Assembly (NCBI GenBank): GCA_964344705.1
Contig: CAYFOG010000004.1
Span: 22,156-59,577 of the forward strand
Source: Candidatus Woesearchaeota archaeon
Lineage (GTDB): Archaea; Nanobdellota; Nanobdellia; UBA10117; ARS21
Direction of reading: 5' to 3'
Length of the DNA: 37,422 nucleotides
Shown in pieces: positions 34,903-37,422 of the stretch. A model generated the notes under the pieces. The model did not search any database and was not told the origin of the DNA. It was given only the letters and a program-made list of their open reading frames with translations. Numbering within the stretch: position 1 is the stretch's first letter; each line of letters starts with the position of its first letter. The position numbers were made by a program, and so were the translations under genes.

Positions 34903-36522
34903 TTATTCAAACCTGACTTCCAATCGATTTCTGAGTGCGTGTTTTATTTCTTTTCCAAGGCTTGACTTTTTCATTATTCTCAATGAACGACCTTTTTGTA
35001 CTGGAAGTTTTGAAACTAGAATATTATTAATTACAACTGAAACTCTCTTTACTGGTGTGAAGAACATGAACTCGAAATATTTTGAATTCTCAAGCATTCG
35101 CCATCTTAATTCTGCTTTTGCGCCTTTTCTTCTTTTTTGTTTCAGTTTTTTTATTGGCATGACGACTGTTGAATCTCCGAAAGAGTAGATTTCGTATTCT
35201 AGATCCTCAGTATCAAAATCATAAATGTCAACCACTGGCCGAGCAAGATCTTTTTCTTTTAATCCGGATGGAACCTTTACTCCCATTCTTAATCCATAAA
35301 CTTTTTGCACTTGACCTTCTTTGATGAAAATTACTGAGTCAACAATTGAAGGAATCATTCCAACTTCAATTTTTCCAATGAATCTTTGAATTGAGTCAAT
35401 CGGATTTGATGCGTGAACAACTCCAACCATTCCTACTCCAGCGAGTCGCATATCTGCAAACAAATTGAAGTCTTCCAGATTTCTCACTTCATCGTACAAA
35501 GTGTAATCTGGCCGAGTTAGTAATAAAATATCACGAAGTTCATTGTGTGACGCTTTATTTAATGAATATTGTGTAACTGATGCCGGAAGTTGCATATCTC
35601 TTGGAGATTCCAGAGACTTGACAACTTTATCTAGCTCAGCATATTGCTTTGCAAGCGCTTGAGCGAAAGTTGATTTACCTGAACCTGGACTTCCTGCGAT
35701 TAGAATTCCTTCGGCTCTATCACTAAGTCTTTTTTGAACTCTTTCAGAAAGTTGATAGTCGCTGATGTTGAGTTTCTTTACCGGTCGAACTATTGTTATT
35801 TCCCAAGCGTCTGAAAGCGGCGGTCGAGTAATTACAATTCTGTAATTTCTTATCTGCGCTATAACGTGTCCTCGTTTCGATCTTTCTAGAAAAGAGTGTT
35901 CAAGAGTTCTCGCAGCATCAACTATTTCCGAACTGATTTTTTCCAAATCTTTTTCTTTAAGTTTCTTTTTTGAAAGATCTAAGAACTCCCACTGTCCTGG
36001 CGCTCCGGCTTTAGCTCTTGGAACTGTGTCTTGCTTTAAGTGAAGAGACATGTATCCGTCTTTGAAATATTTTTCAAAGGTTAATTTCCCTCCAACTTGA
36101 ACTGATTCGACATAAATTACTTTTATATCTGAGGCGAGGGCAACTTCCGCTTGGACTCTGTCGGAAGTGATAAGTGTTCCTTTCTGCTCCATTGCCAAGT
36201 TTCTTATGATTTCATCAATTGCTCCTCGCTTTGCGAGTTTTATTTGCTGTAAGGACGGACTGTCTCCCGAATAAGTTATTTTGAATTTGTGTTTCTTTGA
36301 AAGTTCTTTTAGAAGCTTGAGTTCATCAAAGCCGAGGAATCCTGTATCTTTTCCTTGGTTGGCTTGGTTTTCAAGTTCAGAAAGAAGAGCACGATGAATT
36401 ATGAGTTCAGATAATTTTAATTTTTTTGCTTCGAGCTGCTCACTGATAGTTTGATTAATTACCGCACTAGTGTCTGGAATCAGCTTACTTAACTTGGCGA
36501 TTTTCTTCCACCTGATTAACAA
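34903..36522 (-). CDS. PIN-domain ATPase (PINc/VapC-ATPase, PINA type)
   Basis: PIN acidic residues (PDTS, ELE, ID, TSD), Walker A GSPGSGKS, ESPRD, RPDY..YDEVR; start uncertain (36522 TTG or 36501). Confidence 0.92.
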   Translation of the reverse strand: MLIRWKKIAKLSKLIPDTSAVINQTISEQLEAKKLKLSELIIHRALLSELENQANQGKDTGFLGFDELKLLKELSKKHKFKITYSGDSPSLQQIKLAKRGAIDEIIRNLAMEQKGTLITSDRVQAEVALASDIKVIYVESVQVGGKLTFEKYFKDGYMSLHLKQDTVPRAKAGAPGQWEFLDLSKKKLKEKDLEKISSEIVDAARTLEHSFLERSKRGHVIAQIRNYRIVITRPPLSDAWEITIVRPVKKLNISDYQLSERVQKRLSDRAEGILIAGSPGSGKSTFAQALAKQYAELDKVVKSLESPRDMQLPASVTQYSLNKASHNELRDILLLTRPDYTLYDEVRNLEDFNLFADMRLAGVGMVGVVHASNPIDSIQRFIGKIEVGMIPSIVDSVIFIKEGQVQKVYGLRMGVKVPSGLKEKDLARPVVDIYDFDTEDLEYEIYSFGDSTVVMPIKKLKQKRRKGAKAELRWRMLENSKYFEFMFFTPVKRVSVVINNILVSKLPVQKGRSLRIMKKSSLGKEIKHALRNRLEVRFE

Positions 36523-36829
36523 AGTCTGTCACAGTTTTTAAGGCATTCGTCGAAACTTGTAGACTGTTGTATTCAGAGTCTAGCATCTTGATGTAGAATC
36601 GGTGGAAATCTTTGTATGGTTCATTTTTGAATTTTTTGAAGTGTTGTGTTATTAGCGCCACGTTTTCAACTTGCTCGGCGTCAAATTTTGTTAAATCTTC
36701 CATTGCAAATTTGGCAGCGTCAAGAATATGTTTCATTGCTCCAACTGCAAATTCTTTTGAATCATCTTGTGAAAGCAAGTATTCTGCAAATGTTAATTTC
36801 TTTCTGGCTTCTTCAATTTTGTTGCTCAA
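36485..36829 (-). CDS. Hypothetical helical protein, possibly HEPN-like
   Basis: Helical pattern similar to the adjacent upstream gene; TTG start after GGTGA (or GTG at 36838). Confidence 0.65.
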   Translation of the reverse strand: MSNKIEEARKKLTFAEYLLSQDDSKEFAVGAMKHILDAAKFAMEDLTKFDAEQVENVALITQHFKKFKNEPYKDFHRFYIKMLDSEYNSLQVSTNALKTVTDFVNQVEENRQVK

Positions 36830-37286
36830 TAATATCACCTACTTTAGATACAAATTCTTGTGCCGATGTGAAATATGATTTGATGGTTTGGAGTTCTATA
36901 GATTGTGTTCCAAACTCTTGATCTGCGAGGACGTATGTATCTCCTCTTCGGAAATGAATTGAACTTGAATCAATTGTCTGCTCCATCGACACAAGTTTTT
37001 TCAGAAAGTTCAGAGTTCTTTCGTCGAACTCTCTTCGCTCCGCTACTTTTTTTCTAAAAGTTTCAACCATGAATATGAAATTTTTTGGATAAGGTTCAAT
37101 GTGCTTGGATTTTCTCTCGTATTCCAGTAGAGCTTCAAGCGCATATTTTACTGCATCAATTAATTGATTGGTTACTGAAAATACAAATTTTGAATCTTTG
37201 ACGATGTTATAAGTTACGAAAAGTAAATGATCAGAAGAATCTATTTCTTTTTGAGCCTTCTTAAGTAGTTCATCATAGTTCTCCAT
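36813..37286 (-). CDS. Hypothetical helical protein, possibly HEPN-like
   Basis: 157 aa; A.KEI...DHLL.VTY.IVKD.K...LLEYER pattern. Confidence 0.7.
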   Translation of the reverse strand: MENYDELLKKAQKEIDSSDHLLFVTYNIVKDSKFVFSVTNQLIDAVKYALEALLEYERKSKHIEPYPKNFIFMVETFRKKVAERREFDERTLNFLKKLVSMEQTIDSSSIHFRRGDTYVLADQEFGTQSIELQTIKSYFTSAQEFVSKVGDIIEQQN

Positions 37287-37348
37287 ATGTCTCTTTTTTA
37301 AAATTCAGATATAAAAACTTATATATGGCTGAGAATTGGGTTTTTTAG

Positions 37349-37422
37349 GCCTCAGTAGCTCAGTCTGGTAGAGCACTTGATTCGTAATCAAGGAGTCGCA
37401 GGTTCAAATCCTGTCTGGGGCA
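37349..37422 (+). tRNA. tRNA-Thr(CGT)
   Basis: GCCTCAG/CTGGGGC acceptor, anticodon arm CTTGA-TTCGTAA-TCAAG; ends at the last base of the window. Confidence 0.94.

Noticed and set aside
1..37422. CRISPR array, rRNA, transposase, integrase or defence island
   Set aside because: No regularly spaced repeats or such motifs seen; nearly all sequence is accounted for by housekeeping genes

Overview
AT-rich archaeal chromosome segment, most consistent with a DPANN lineage (Woesearchaeota/Pacearchaeota-like; inferred from gene content and protein style, not from a search). About 20 kb is the archaeal S10-spc-alpha ribosomal superoperon on the minus strand (rpl3 to secY, EMC3/TMCO1-family insertase, rpl14e, cbf5, trm112, rps13-rps4-rps11-rpoD, rpl18e-rpl13-rps9-rpoN). 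It is flanked by tRNA-modification genes (elp3, dus, trm11), tfe, a site-2 protease, dph6 plus a glutamine amidotransferase, pth2, tatD, sepF, pfdB, pcc1, rpoP, rpl37ae, a PIG-L/GT4 pair and a PIN-ATPase. Seven tRNA genes are present, one with a 60-nt BHB intron. Two small genes missing from the ORF track (trm112, rpoP) were found by hand. The most unusual signals are: (i) a double-hairpin DNA element (45/48 nt identical) read in frame in the C-terminal tails of two unrelated ribosomal proteins (eL32, uL22), with a similarly built element at the tRNA-Leu 3' end between 7-bp direct repeats; (ii) a 7TM protein + wHTH regulator pair sharing a divergent promoter and inverted repeat with a 9-codon micro-ORF/GC-rich hairpin transcript; (iii) apparent loss of domains or metal ligands in TFE, RpoD, Trm11, the PIN-ATPase and uL4. 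No CRISPR array, rRNA, transposase or integrase was seen. All family assignments are by motif recognition, without database searches.
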